From NCBI GenBank assembly GCA_040954595.2, contig CM082595.2, forward strand, positions 10,095,918-10,159,917: DNA of 64,000 bases. The letters run 5' to 3'. Source of the stretch: Balanoglossus misakiensis (lineage: Eukaryota > Animalia > Hemichordata). The translations under genes were made by a program, and so were the position numbers. Under the pieces are notes generated by a model that was given only the letters and a program-made list of their open reading frames with translations, was not told where the DNA came from and searched no databases. Positions 24,837 through 38,300 of this stretch are shown here, in pieces (position 1 is the stretch's first letter; each line of letters begins with the position of its first letter).

Positions 24837-27800
24837 TCTTGAATTCCGTCAATATCTCTGCATTTTTGGAGAGGTCGAAAGTTTTAACATACAATCAACA
24901 TGTCATATATGATCAGGGCACCAAATTCGAAGAACAAAGGTTTTTTATTTTTTTCTAAAAATGACATTTTCAAGAAAAATTTGGTAAAACGCAATTTTGT
25001 CTGCAGTGAGCCAAATTAGACTGTCTTTTGTGGAATTTGTATCGATATATACATACGAAGAGCATTCTATACTCCATCAGATTTCCGAAAATGTAGAAAA
25101 CAGGTGTTTTTTGTAATTTTCAAAAATTTACTATTTTGACCAAATTGTGGCTAAAATTGTTATTTTCGTGTTGAATGCCGCCAGTGTCACTGCTTTTAAA
25201 AGTCATAAAAACTTTTAACATACAAGCAATTGTTTATATATGATCAGGTCACCGAATTAAAAAAAATTGTCTGCGGTGAGCCAAATTGGCCGTTTTTTTG
25301 TGGAATTTGTATCGATATATATATACGAAGAGGATTCTATACTCCATCAGATTTCCGAAAATGTAGAAAACAGGTATTTTTTGTAATTTTCAAAAATTTA
25401 CCATTTTGACCAAATTGTGGCTAAAATTGTTATTTTCGTGTTAAATGCCGCCAGTGTCACTGCTTTTAAAAGTCATAAAAACTTTTAACATGCAAGCAAT
25501 TGTTTATATATGATCAGGTCACCGAATTAAAAAAATAAATTGTTATTTTCGTGTTGAATGCCGCCAGTGTCACTGCTTTTAAAAGTCATAAAAACTTTTA
25601 ACATACAAGCAATTGTTTATATATGATCAGGTCACCGAATTAAAAAAATAAAGAATGTTTTGCCTAAAAATGACCTTTTTGGTGCAAAAACGAATAAAAC
25701 GCAATTTTGTATTAAATCAGCTCATTCATAGTGCATTTTTTAGAATCAGCACCATTTTTACATATAATAGAAATTTCATACATCATCAGATATCCAAATA
25801 TGAAAAAATGATTTAGATTTTGGATGATTGTCCAAAATTAGCTGATATCTAATAAATGTAGTATTGAACCGTTCTGTTCCCCCCCCCCTACATTATATGC
25901 GGTACGCCGATGTCAGCTTACCCGGCAGTACTGCAGGCCGTGCCCCCCCCCCCCCAACTAACGTCGGTGTTTGAAACGCCCTGGTTAAATTCGGGCTTTC
26001 TCTATAAATTGACCGGCAATAATGCAGTCCTACCGGAACAAATGTCGAGTGTTGACCCGCTGTGACTTTCCCTCTTCGGTTTGCCCGACTTAGCCAACGT
26101 CTTTGTACTAGAGTGTCGGGTCTTTTGCAGAGCCAGGCCGAAGGAAATCCGACTTGATCACCGTTGCTAACGAACGCTAGTGTCTGTCATGGTGTGCCGG
26201 GGTTTTAGTCGAGCCAGGCCGTAGGAGATCTGACTTGATCATCGTGGTCAATGTACGCGTGTTTCCGCTCTAAAGTGCCGGGGCTTCAGCTAAACCAGGC
26301 CGTAGGACATCCGACGTAATCACCGTTGATAACTTACGCCAGTCTGTGTCATATAGAGCCGGTGCACCAGCCGAGTCACGCCGTAGGAAATCTGACTTGA
26401 TCAACGTGGTCAATGTACGCCTGTTTCCGCTCTAGAATGCTCGGGCTTCAGCTGAGCCAGGCCGTAGGAAACCCGACGTGATTACCGTTGTTAACTTACG
26501 CCAGTCTGTGTCCTATATATAGTGCCGGGGCATCAGCCGTGCCAGGCCGAAGGAAATGTGAGTAGATCAACGTGGTCTCCGTACGCGTGTTTCTGCTCTA
26601 GAGTGCCGGGGCTTTAGCCAAGCCATGCCGTAGGAAATCTGACTTGATCAACGTTGCTAACGAACGCTAGTGTCTGTCATAGTGTGCCGGGGTTTTAGTC
26701 GAGCCAAGCCGTAGGAGATCAGACTTGATCAACGTGGTCTCTGTACGCGTGTTTCTGCTCTAGAGTGCCGGGGCTTTATCCAACCCATGCCGTAGAAAAT
26801 CTGACTTGATCACCGTTGCTAACGTACGCTAGTGTCTGTCATATTGTGAGATTTAGCCGAGCCAGGCCGTAGAAAAATCGACTTGTTCAACGTTACCAGT
26901 GTGCAACTCTTTCTGCTCTAGAGTGTTAGGGTTTTAGCCGACTTATGCTGTGGGAAATCTGAGTTGATGAACGGGAATTCAATGTTAGAAAACCCGTGTG
27001 GAAAGTATCTCTACCCGTTTGAAACTAAGAAAAGAATTTATTCTTATTTATTTTGCAAAAAAGAAAATTTTTCGAAAAAAAGTCGAAAATGGTAATTTTG
27101 TCTTGGGTGATTATACCGCCTTTTCTGGAATTTGCAGCATTTTTTTACAAGAGAACGACACTTCATGCTCCACAATATTTCCGAAAATGAAGAAAAGAGT
27201 TAGTTTTTTATGATTTTTTTAAAAAATTACCATTTTTGACAAAATATGGCCAAAATGGCTATTTTTTATTGAATTCCGTCAGTATCTCTGCATTTTTGGA
27301 GTGGTCGAAAGTTTTAACATACAATCAACATGTCATATATGATCAGGGCACCAAATTCGAAGAACAAAGGTTTTTTTATTTTTTTTTCTAAATATGACAT
27401 TTTCAAGGAAAAGTTGGTAAAACGCAATTTTGTCTGCAGTGAGCCAAATTAGACGGTCTTTTGTGGAATTTGTATCGATATATACATACAAAGAGCATTC
27501 TATACTCCTTCAGATTTCCGAAAATGTAGAAAACAGGTATTTTTTGTAATTTTCAAAAATTTACCATTTTGACCAAATTGTGGCTAAAATTGTTATTTTC
27601 GTGTTGAATGCCGCCAGTGTCACTGCTTTTAAAAGACATAAAAACTTTTAACATACAAGCAATTGTTTATATATGATCAGGTCACCGAATTAAAAAAATA
27701 ATGAATGTTTTGCCTAAAAATGACCTTTTTGGTGCAAAAACGAATAAAACGCAATTTTGTATTAAATCAGAGTGCATTTTTTATAATCAGCACCATTTTC

Positions 27801-30800
27801 ACATATAATGGAAATTTCATACATCATCAGATATCCAAATATTTTAGATTTTAAATGATTGTCAAAAATTAGCTGATATCTAATAAATGTAGTATTGAAC
27901 CGTCCTCCCCCCCCCCCCCCTACATTATGTGCGGTACGCCGATGTCAGTATTGCAGGCCGTGCCCCCAACTAACGTCGGTGTTTGAAACGCCCTGGTTAA
28001 ATTCGGGCTTTCTCTATAAATTGACAGGCAATAATGCAGTCCTACCCGAACAAATGTCGAGTGTTGACCCGCTGTGACTTTCCCTCTTCGGTTTGCCCGA
28101 CTTAGCCAACGTCTTTGTACTAGAGTGTCGGGTCTTTTGCAGAGCCAGGCCGAAGGAAATCCGACTTGATCACCGTTGCTAACGATGGCTAGTGTCTGTC
28201 ATGGTGTGCCGGGGTTTTAGTCGAGCCAGGCCGTAGGAGATCTGACTTGATCATCGTGGTCAATGTACGCGTGTTTCAGCTCTAAAGTGCCGGGGCTTCA
28301 GCTAAACCAGGCCGTAGGAAACCCGACGTAGTCACCGTTGATAACTTACGTCTGTGTCATATAGAGCCGGTGCACCAGCCGAGTCACGCCGTAGGAAATC
28401 TGACTTGATCAACGTGGTCAGTGTACGCCTGTTTCTGCTCTAGAGTGCCGGGGCTTTATCCAAGCCATGCCGTAGAAAATCTGACTTGATCACCGTTGCT
28501 AACGTTCGCTAGTGTCTGTCATATTGTGACGGAGATTTAGCCGAGCCAGGCCGTAGAAAAATCGACTTGTTCAACGTTACCAGTGTGCAACTGTTTCTGC
28601 TCTAGAGTGTCAGGGTTTTAGCCGACTTATGCTGTAGGAAATCTGAGTTGATGAACGGGAATTCAATGTTAGAAAACCCGTGTGGAAAGTATCTCTACCC
28701 GTTTGAAACTAAGAAAAGAATTTATTCTTATTTATTTTGTAAAAAAGACAATTTTTCGAAAAAAAGTCGAAAATGGTAATTTTGTCTTGGGTGATTCAAA
28801 TTATACCGCCTTTTCTGGAATTTGCAGCACTTTTTACAAGAGAACGACACTTCATGCTTCATAATATTTCCGAAAATGAAGAAAAGAGTTAATTTTTTAT
28901 GATTTTTTAAAAATTTACCATTTTTGTCAAAATATGGCAAAAATGGCTATTTTTTCTTGAATTCCGTCAATATCTCTGCATTTTTTGAGTGGTCGAAAGT
29001 TTTAACATACAATCAACATGTCATATATGATCAGGGCACCAAATTCGAAGAACAAAGGTTTTTTTTTTTTTCTAAAAATGACATTTTCAAGGAAAATTTG
29101 GTAAAACGCAATTTTGTCTGCTGTGAGCCAAATTAGACGGTCTTTTGTGGAATTTGTATCGATATATACATACGAAGAGCATTCTATACTCCATCAGATT
29201 TCCGAAAATGTAGAAAACAGGTATTTTTTGTAATTTTCAAAAATTTACCATTTTGACCAAATTGTGGCTAAAATTGTTATTTTCGTGTTGAATGCCGCCA
29301 GTGTCACTGCTTTTAAAAGTCATAAAAACTTTTAACATACAAGCAATTCTTTATATATGATCAGGTCACCGAATTAAAAAAATAAAGAATTGTTTGCCTA
29401 GAAATGACCTTTTTGGTGCAAAAACGAATAAAACGCAATTTTGTATTAAATCAGAGTGCATTTTTTATAATCAGCACCATTTTCACATATATAATGGAAA
29501 TTTCATACATCATCAGATATCCAAATATGAAAAAAATGATTTAGATGATTGTCCAAAATTAGCTGATATCTAATAAATGTAGTATTCAACCGTTCTGTTT
29601 CCCCCCCCCCCCCCCTACATTATATGCGGTCCGCCGATGTCAGCTTACCCGGCAGTACTGCAGGCCGTGCCCCCAACTAACGTCGGTGTTTGAAACGCCC
29701 GTGTTAAATTCGGGCTTTCTCAATAAATTGACAGGCAATAATGCAGTCCTACCCGAACAAATGTCGAGTGTTGACCCGCTGTGACTTTCCCTCTTCGGTT
29801 TGCCCGACTTAGCCAACGTCTTTGTACTAGAGTGTCGGGTCTTTTGCCGAGCCAGGCCGAAGGAAATCCGACTTGATCACCGTTGCTAACGAACGCTAGT
29901 GTCTGTCATGGTGTGCCGGGGTTTTAGTCGAGCCAGGCCGTAGGAAATCTGACTTGATCAACGTGGTCAATGTACGCCTGTTTCTGCTCTAGAGTGCCGG
30001 GGCTTCAGCTGATCCAGGCCGTAGGAAACCCGACGTGATTACCGCTGTTAACTTACGCCAGTCTGTGTCCTATATATAGTGCCGGGGCATCAGCCGTGCC
30101 AGGCCTAAGGAAATGTGAGTAGATCAATGTGGTCTCTGTACGCGTGTTTCTGCTCTACAATGCCAGGGCTTTAGCCAAGCCATGCCGTAGGAAATCTGAC
30201 TTGATCAACGTTGCTAACGAACGCTAGTGTCTGTCATATTGTGCCGGGGTTTTAGTCGAGCCAAGCCGTAGGAGATCTGACTTGATCATCGTGGTCAATG
30301 TACGCGTGTTTCCGCTCTAAAGTGCCAGGGTCTTCAGCTAAACCAGGCCGTACGAAATACGACGTAATCACCGTTGATAACTTACGCCAGTCTGTGTCAT
30401 ATAGAGCCGGTGCACCAGCCGAGTCATGCCGTAGGAAATCTGACTTGATCAACGTGGTCAATGTACACCTGTTTCTGCTCTAGAGTGCCGGGGCTTCAGC
30501 TGAGCCAGGCCGTAGGAAACCCGACGTGATTACCGTTGTTAACTTACGCCAGTCTGTGTCCTATATATAGTGCCGGGGCATCAGCCGTGCCAGGCCGAAG
30601 GAAATGTGAGTAGATCGACGTGGTCTCTGTACGCGTGTTTCTGCTCTAGAGTGCCAGGGCTTTAGCCAAGCCATGCCGTAGGAAATCTGACTTGATCAAC
30701 GTTGCTAACGAACGCTAGTGTCTGTCATAGTGTGCCGGGGTTTTAGTCGAGCCAAGCCGTAGGAGATCAGACTTGATCAACGTGGTCTCTGTACGCGTGT

Positions 30801-30879
30801 TTCTGCTCTAGAGTGCCGGGGCTTTATCCAAGCCATGCCGTAGAAAATCTGACTTGATCACCGTTGCTAACGTACGCTA
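24837..30879. repeat. Composite macrosatellite, orientation B (~3 units)
   Basis: Poly-C markers at ~25878, 27905 and 29600. Monomer number per unit varies. Confidence 0.96.
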
Positions 30880-31670
30880 CACTGCAAATTCTGCAAAAAC
30901 AAGCCGGTTTGTACTCAAGCCATTCGGGTTTGCTGACAAGCCACCTCGTCATACTTGCCGAAACTTCGGTATTTCCACAAGCCGCTAAATTTTCTGGTGT
31001 GTGCCAGCAAGCCAGTAAATGTTAGAAAAATGGTTTGTAAATACGCCGCTGGACAACCTGTCTGGAATGGCTTATTATTAAGCCATTGAACACAATCTCT
31101 GGTTTGCTCGCAAACTTTAGTGATACTTATGTCTGGCTCGAATTTGTACCATATTTAACCTTGGCTGCATTTTAAGCCGTTGGAGTTAGTGGTCGCTTTT
31201 CAAACCATAAAAAGATGTATGTATGGTTTGAAAACACGCCATGGAAAACTTTGCCGGGATGTGGTTCATATACACGCCACGCTGGGCACAATGTCTTGCG
31301 AAATACCCTGATTTGGCGCGCGAATGCAGGGTCAAAGGTTATTTATTACACAACTACAACGTTTTGACGCGAGAGAAGACGGTCCACGGGTGAGGAAGCC
31401 GATCGAATCACGTCGTTCCCTTTATAAAATTCGTTCAGCGATTTACAATGCACTCAACCTGTTCCTAAGGTAGAACCGAAATACTATATGCGTGGATAAT
31501 TACTTTGGCACCGAGCATCGTTATGGAAGGATGACATCTAATGACTTAGCAGTTGACCGCCAGCATCTACGAGACCGTAACATAGAACAATGCCGGTTGG
31601 GGTAAGTCCTGCTTCCATTCCATTTTGTGACAGTAACTACATTTTTGCGAGCAGTGAAGATAATACAAAA

Positions 31671-32300
31671 TTAACAGGCCCGAATCCTGTATATACTGAC
31701 TTGATCATGTGTTGATGATAGCTGAAAAGCATGTGAGAAGAAGTAATGTCAAAAGTTTGACAGCATAAAATGATAAAGTAGGGAGTGGGGCCCCAAAGGA
31801 ATTTCATTATTCTTGCTATTTTCAGCCTCCATCCCCGTTCATTTTTGTTTATGCATTTTTGTGAGCGAAGGCGATGCAAAGTATGTCACTATTAACAGGC
31901 CCGAATCCTGTATATACTGACTTGATCATGTGTTGATGATAGCTGAAAAGCATGTGAGAAGAAGTAATGTCAAAAGTTTGACAGCATAAAGTAGGGAGTG
32001 GGGCCCCAAAGGAATTTCATTATTCTTGCTATTTTCAGCCTCCATCCCCGTTCATTTTTGTTTATGCATTTTTGTGAGCGAAGACGATGCAAAGTATGTC
32101 ACTATTAAAAGGCCTGAATCCTTTATATACTGCATTGATCATGTGTGGATGGTTACAAAAAAGTCTGAGCAAATCAAAAGAATTTTTTTAATGCAGCTCT
32201 GGAGTGGGGCCCTATAGCGCTATAGCCTAGGAATTTCACCATGCTTGCTATTGGCAGCCTACATCCCCATTCATGTTTGTTTATGCACTTTTACTAGTCA
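31671..32300. repeat. ~215-220-bp internal tandem duplication (about 3 units)
   Basis: 'ttaacaggcccgaatcctgtatatactg' at ~31671 and 31892, with a diverged copy at ~32105. Confidence 0.85.
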
Positions 32301-33110
32301 AGATAATTCAAAATATGTAATAATATCTATACTGTATTGATCATTTGTAGATCGAGAGATATTTCAAATATATGAAGCTTCGAGTGGGGCTAGTGGCAGT
32401 GGAAGTCAACATTGGGGGGGGGGGGGGGTAACCGCAATAAAAATGTTGTTTTGTGTTCCAATACTATATCAATGGATACCCATAATATTTAAATCATTGG
32501 CTGAATAATTTTTTTTTGATAAACCATGATCTCGGACCACAGGATTATTTAACCCCTGCATGCCTGCGATTTGTAACAATAATGATTCCTACTTTAATTG
32601 AACCCCAGATATTTGCATAAGAATGAAATAAATGATCTTGGTTTTGCAGGAGTGGTGATACTGGTTATGGGAAGGAGCAGTTGTTATTTTATTAGGCACC
32701 ACAAAAATATGAAAAAGTCAACAAGTAGCATTGATGTTGAAGCATACACGGTATGTATAATTAAGTAGATTTTGTTATTTTTTTAATATCCATTTTTGTC
32801 ATCTAGTCATCTGTTTTCTTTACAGTTTAGTTTGTAGGGACTTCATTATAAAATACCAACCACGTGGTTATAATTTCAGTATTGCATTTGGGAAGAGATT
32901 TTATTATTTATGCCTAAAAACTAATTTTAAAGGAACATGCCTATCCGTATTTATTAATATAGTCCAGCTATCATGTATGTAACATGTATTCAGTTATAGT
33001 CAAAGGAAACAATTCACTAAACTCTAGGTGCGAAATTTCATGCATTGCTCATTGAATCAATTTCATCTTGTTTGTTACATGCTGTGTATCTCATGGTTAT
33101 GTTTGTGTTT

Positions 33111-33670
33111 CATGGTTGCTGCCTATAACATTAGGATGTCTCCATATTGTAGTGTTGTATCGATCAGTCTCATGTTCTCATATGGTTGCTGCCTATAACA
33201 GTAGGATGGCACCATATCGTAGTGTTGTATCGGTCAGTCTCATGTTCTCATATGGTTGCTGCCTATAACAGTAGGATGGCACCATATCGTAGTGTTGTAT
33301 CAGTCAGTCTCATGTTCTCATATGGTTGCTGCCTATAACATTAGGATGGCACCATATCGTAGTGTTGTATCGGTCAGTCTCATGATCTCATATGGTTGCT
33401 GCCTATAACAGTAGGATGGCACCATATCGTAGTGTTGTATCGGTCAGTCTCATGTTCTCATATGGTTGCTGCCTATAACAGTAGGATGGCACCATATCGT
33501 AGTGTTGTATCGGTCAGTCTCATGTTCTCATATGGTTGCTGCCTATAACAGTAGGATGGCACCATATCGTAGTGTTGTATCGGTCAGTCTCATGTTCTCA
33601 TATGGTTGCTGCCTATAACAGTAGGATGGCACCATATCGTAGTGTTTTGTGGTATGTGTGTCAGTCTCAT
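33111..33670. repeat. 70-bp minisatellite (~8 units)
   Basis: 'atggttgctgcctataaca' recurs every 70 bp from 33112 to 33602. Confidence 0.95.
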
Positions 33671-35332
33671 GGTCATTCCCCATTGATAAATAGAGAGACA
33701 CTATCTTCTTTTGTTGAGTATGTCTCATACGAGTCATTGTCATATTTTCTTGTGTACATATGTGTTATGTGTTGTTTTCATGCTGGAAATTGTTTCTAAT
33801 ATACACTCATGTTAATTTCTAACAAGATTGTTTTCTCTTTTTGTTTTTCACTATTTGAGAGTGTTTCCCATTGAAAGAAGACGAAGTTTCATAGTAAGGA
33901 AGAAGATACTCAAGGCTACTGCCATGACTCCAATACTCAAATGCATATAAAGGAGGATTTAAAAGTACTTTTCCACACTTAATGGTGACTTTGAAATCTG
34001 TATTCATGTCAGTTTTGACAAACAGTAGATAAAAAAAATGAGGCATTTTGATGGATTGAAATGATTTTCCCTAACCACTTGAACGGAAAATGAGATAAAA
34101 GTTTTATTGTATATATTTTCTATCATTTATGGGGTTAATTCATTTGATTTACATAATACCATGTATTTACCGTTGTTCCTTTTTTCTTACATTGTCATTA
34201 CAATAATAATGATTGACCAAAAAAAGATCTTTCTCGGTGTGCTTTTTTGACAGGTTAACATACCATTGACTGTGGAGTACTAAGATGCTGCACATTATGA
34301 CACATGTTATGCTTCAAGACCAAGTTATTTAAGGGCATAGTAACTAACTTTGGGCTATTTTTATGTATTTTTGTTCAGTGTATCGACTCCTTATTTCTGT
34401 TCTACTCCTTAAAGCATGATTAACTGCCCAGGTTCGGGATCTCAACTTTGGCCTTTGCAAATGAGTTCAGGTCTGGACTAAAATTATGTTTTTTGACAAT
34501 TGCTGATTGTACAATTATGGCAGTGTATAGAATCTAGTAAATGGCATTGCATCATGCTTTGGTGAGTTGAACAAGAAACTGCAGTCACTTGAAAGAGCAA
34601 AAATGCTAAAAATGGCCCAAATTTATAACTATAGCTTTTAGGTAAACAGAAGCAAAACATGCAATTCAAATGTTTGGCTTGCTTACAAACTGCATTCTGT
34701 GTAAGAATGGTTTGTATACATGTACATGCCAAAGCCTAAGCAGAGTGGCTGATTTTTAAACCACTGCTCAAGCATTCTCAGTTTGTCAGCAAACCAGGAA
34801 ATGCTAATTTTTGGTTTGCTGGCAAACTGAAGTGATTCATGTTTGGTTTGCTAGCACACCAGTTTTAAGTAGAAGTTGGCTTTCAGACAAGCCAATGTAA
34901 ATTTTAAGGGTTTACATACAACCCCCTTGTATTATTCGACGGTTGGTTGGTAAGCCATTGTTTTAGAAAGTGGCTTACATGCAAGCCATCATAATATATT
35001 CATTGGTTTATATACAAACCCCTTAGATTTGTGATGGTTTGTTGACAAACCACTGGATAATGAATCGGTGTGTCTTCAAGCTCATTTGCTGAATAGAATG
35101 GCACGCCAGCAAGCCATATTTCATTACTATGGTTGGCCTACACACCACTCATTAAACTTGCTGTGGTCTATCAGCAAGCCGGTAAGTTATATAAAACGGC
35201 AACTCAGCAAGCTAAATTCAAGCCAAAATCAAGCCAAATTTGAAGAAACGAAAGAAGCCGATTTGCGACAAACAAGCCGGTTTGGATTTGGCTTGAATTT
35301 AGCTTGCAGGAAAGCCAGAAGAATTTGCAGTG

Positions 35333-38300
35333 TAGTGTCTGTCATATTGTGACGGAGATTTAGCCGAGCCAGGCCGTAGAAAATTCGACTTGTTCATCGT
35401 TACCAGTGTGCAACTGTTTCTGCTCTAGAGTGTCAGGGTTTTAGCCGACTTATGCTGTAGGAAATCTGAGTTGATGAACGGGATTTCAATGTTAGAAAAC
35501 CCGCGTGGAAAGTATCTCTACCCGTTTGAAACTAAGAAAATAATTTATTCTTATTTATTTTGTAAAAAAGACAATTTTTCGAAAAAAAGTCGAAAATGGT
35601 AATTTTGTCTTGGGTGATTCAAATTATACCGCCTTTTCTAGAATTTGCAGCACTTTTTACAAGAGAACGACACTTCATGCTCCATAATATTTCCGAAAAT
35701 GAAGAAAAGAGTTAATTTTTTAAGATTTTTTTAAAAATTTTCCATTTTTGTCAAAATATGGCCAAAATGGCTATTTTTTCTTGAATTCCGTCAATATCTC
35801 AGCATTTTTGGAGTGGTCGCAAGTTTTAACATACAATCAACATGTCATATATGATCAGGCACCAAATTCGAAGAACAAAGGTTTTTTATTTTTTTTCTTC
35901 TAAAAATGACATTTTCAAGGAAAATTTGGTAAAACGCAATTTTGTCTGCAGTGAGCCAAATTAGACGGTCTTTTGTGGAATTTGTATCGATATATATATA
36001 CGAAGAGCATTCTATACTCCATCAGATTTCCGAAAATGTAGAAAACAGGTATTTTTGTAATTTTCAAAAATTTACCATTTTGACCAAATTGTGGCTAAAA
36101 TTGTTATTTTCGTGATGAATGCCGCCAGTGTCACTACTTTTAAAAGTCATAAAAACTTTTAACATACAAGCAATTGTTTATATATGATCAGGTCACCGAA
36201 TTAAAAAAATAAAGAATGTTTTGCCTAAAAATGAACTTTTTGGTGCAAAAACGAATAAAACACAATCTTGTATTAAATCAGTTCATTCAGAGTGCATGTT
36301 TTATAATAAGCACCATTTTTACATATAATGGAAATTTCATACATCATCAGATATCCAAATATGAAAAAATGATTTAGATTTTAGATGATTGTCCAAAATA
36401 AGCTGATATCTAATAAATGTAGTATTGAACCGTTCTGTTCCCCCCCCTACATTATATGCGGTACGCCGATGTCAGCTTACCCGGCAGTACTGCAGGCCGT
36501 GCTCCCAACTAACGTCGGTGTTTGAAGCGCCCTGGTTAAATTCGGGCTTTCTCTATAAATTGACAGGCAATAATGCAGTCCTACCCGAACAAATGTCGAG
36601 TGTTGACCCGCTGTGACTTTCCCTCTTCGGTTTGCCCGACTTAGCCAACGTCTTTGTACTAGAGTGTCGGGTCTTTTGCAGAGCCAGGCCGAAGGAAATC
36701 CGACTTGATCACCGTTGCTAACGAACGCTAGTGTCTGTCATGGTGTACCGGGGTTTTAGTCGAGCCAGGCCGTAGGAGAACTGACTTGATCATCGTGGTC
36801 AATGTGCGCGTGTTTCCGCTCTAAAGTGCCGGGGCTTCAGCTAAACCAGACCGTAGGAAATCCGACGTAATCACCGTTGATAACTTACGCCAGTCTGTGT
36901 CATATAGAGCCGGTGCACCAGCCGAGTCACGCCGTAGGAAATCTGACTTGATCAACGTGGTCAATGTAAGCCTGTTTCTGCTCTAGAGTGCCGGGGCTTC
37001 AGCTGAGCCAGGCCGTAGGAAACCCGACGTGATTACCGTTGTTAACTTACGCCAGTCTGTGTCCTATATATAGTGCCGGGGCATCAGCCGTGCCAGGCCG
37101 AAGGAAATGTGAGTAGATCAACGTGTTCTCTGTACGCGTGTTTCTGCTCTAGAGTGCCAGGGCTTTAGCCAAGCCATGCCGTAGGAAATCTGACTTGATC
37201 AACGTTGCTAACGAACGCTAGTGTCTGTCATAGTGTGCCGGGGTTTTAGTCGAGCCAAGCCGTAAGAGATCTGACTTGATCATCGTGGTCAATGTACGCG
37301 TGTTTCCGCTCTAAAGTGCCGGGGCTTCAGCTAAACCAGACCGTAGGAAATCCGACGTAATCACCGTTGATAACTTACGCCAGTCTGTGTCATATAGAGC
37401 CGGTGCACCAGCCGAGTCACGCCGTAGGAAATCTGACTTGATCAACGTGGTCAATGTAAGCCTGTTTCTACTCTAGAGTGCCGGGGCTTCAGCTGAGCCA
37501 GGCCGTAGGAAACCCGACGTGATTACCGTTGTTAACTTACGCCAGTCTGTGTCCTATATATAGTGCCGGGGCATCAGCCGTGCCAGGCCGAAGGAAATGT
37601 GAGTAGATCAACGTGTTCTCTGTACGCGTGTTTCTGCTCTAGAGTGCCAGGGCTTTAGCCAAGCCATGCCGTAGGAAATCTGACTTGATCAACGTTGCTA
37701 ACGAACGCTAGTGTCTGTCATAGTGTTCCGGGGTTTTAGTCGAGCCAAGCCATAGGAGATCTGACTTGATCATCGTGGTCAATGTACGCGTGTTTCCGCT
37801 CTAAAGTGCCGGGGCTTCAGCTAAACCAGACCGTAGGAAATCCGACGTAATCACCGTTGATAACTTACGCCAGTCTGTGTCATATAGAGCCGGTGCACCA
37901 GCCGAGTCACGCCGTAGGAAATCTGACTTGATCAACGTGGTCAATGTAAGCCTGTTTCTGCTCTAGAGTGCCGGGGCTTCAGCTGAGCCAGGCCGTAGGA
38001 AACCCGACGTGATTACCGTTGTTAACTTACGCCAGTCTGTGTCCTATATATAGTGCCGGGGCATCAGCCGTGCCAGGCCGAAGGAAATGTGAGTAGATCA
38101 ACGTGTTTTCTGTACGCGTGTTTCTGCTCTAGAGGGCCAGGGCTTTAGCCAAGCCATGCCGTAGGAAATATGACTTGATCAACGTTGCTAACGAACGCTA
38201 GTGTCTGTCATAGTGTGCCGGGGTTTTAGTCGAGCCAAGCCGTAGATCAGACTTGATCAACGTGGTCTCTGTACGCGTGTTTCTGCTCTAGAGTGCCGGG

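Larger units (their letters stand above)
30880..35332. mobile_element. Non-autonomous CACTA/EnSpm (CMC) DNA transposon
   Basis: 13-bp TIRs CACTGCAAATTCT / AGAATTTGCAGTG, TA duplication (empty site cgtacgcTAgtgtc), and many short caagcc/caaacc subterminal motifs near both ends. No transposase ORF. Confidence 0.85.
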
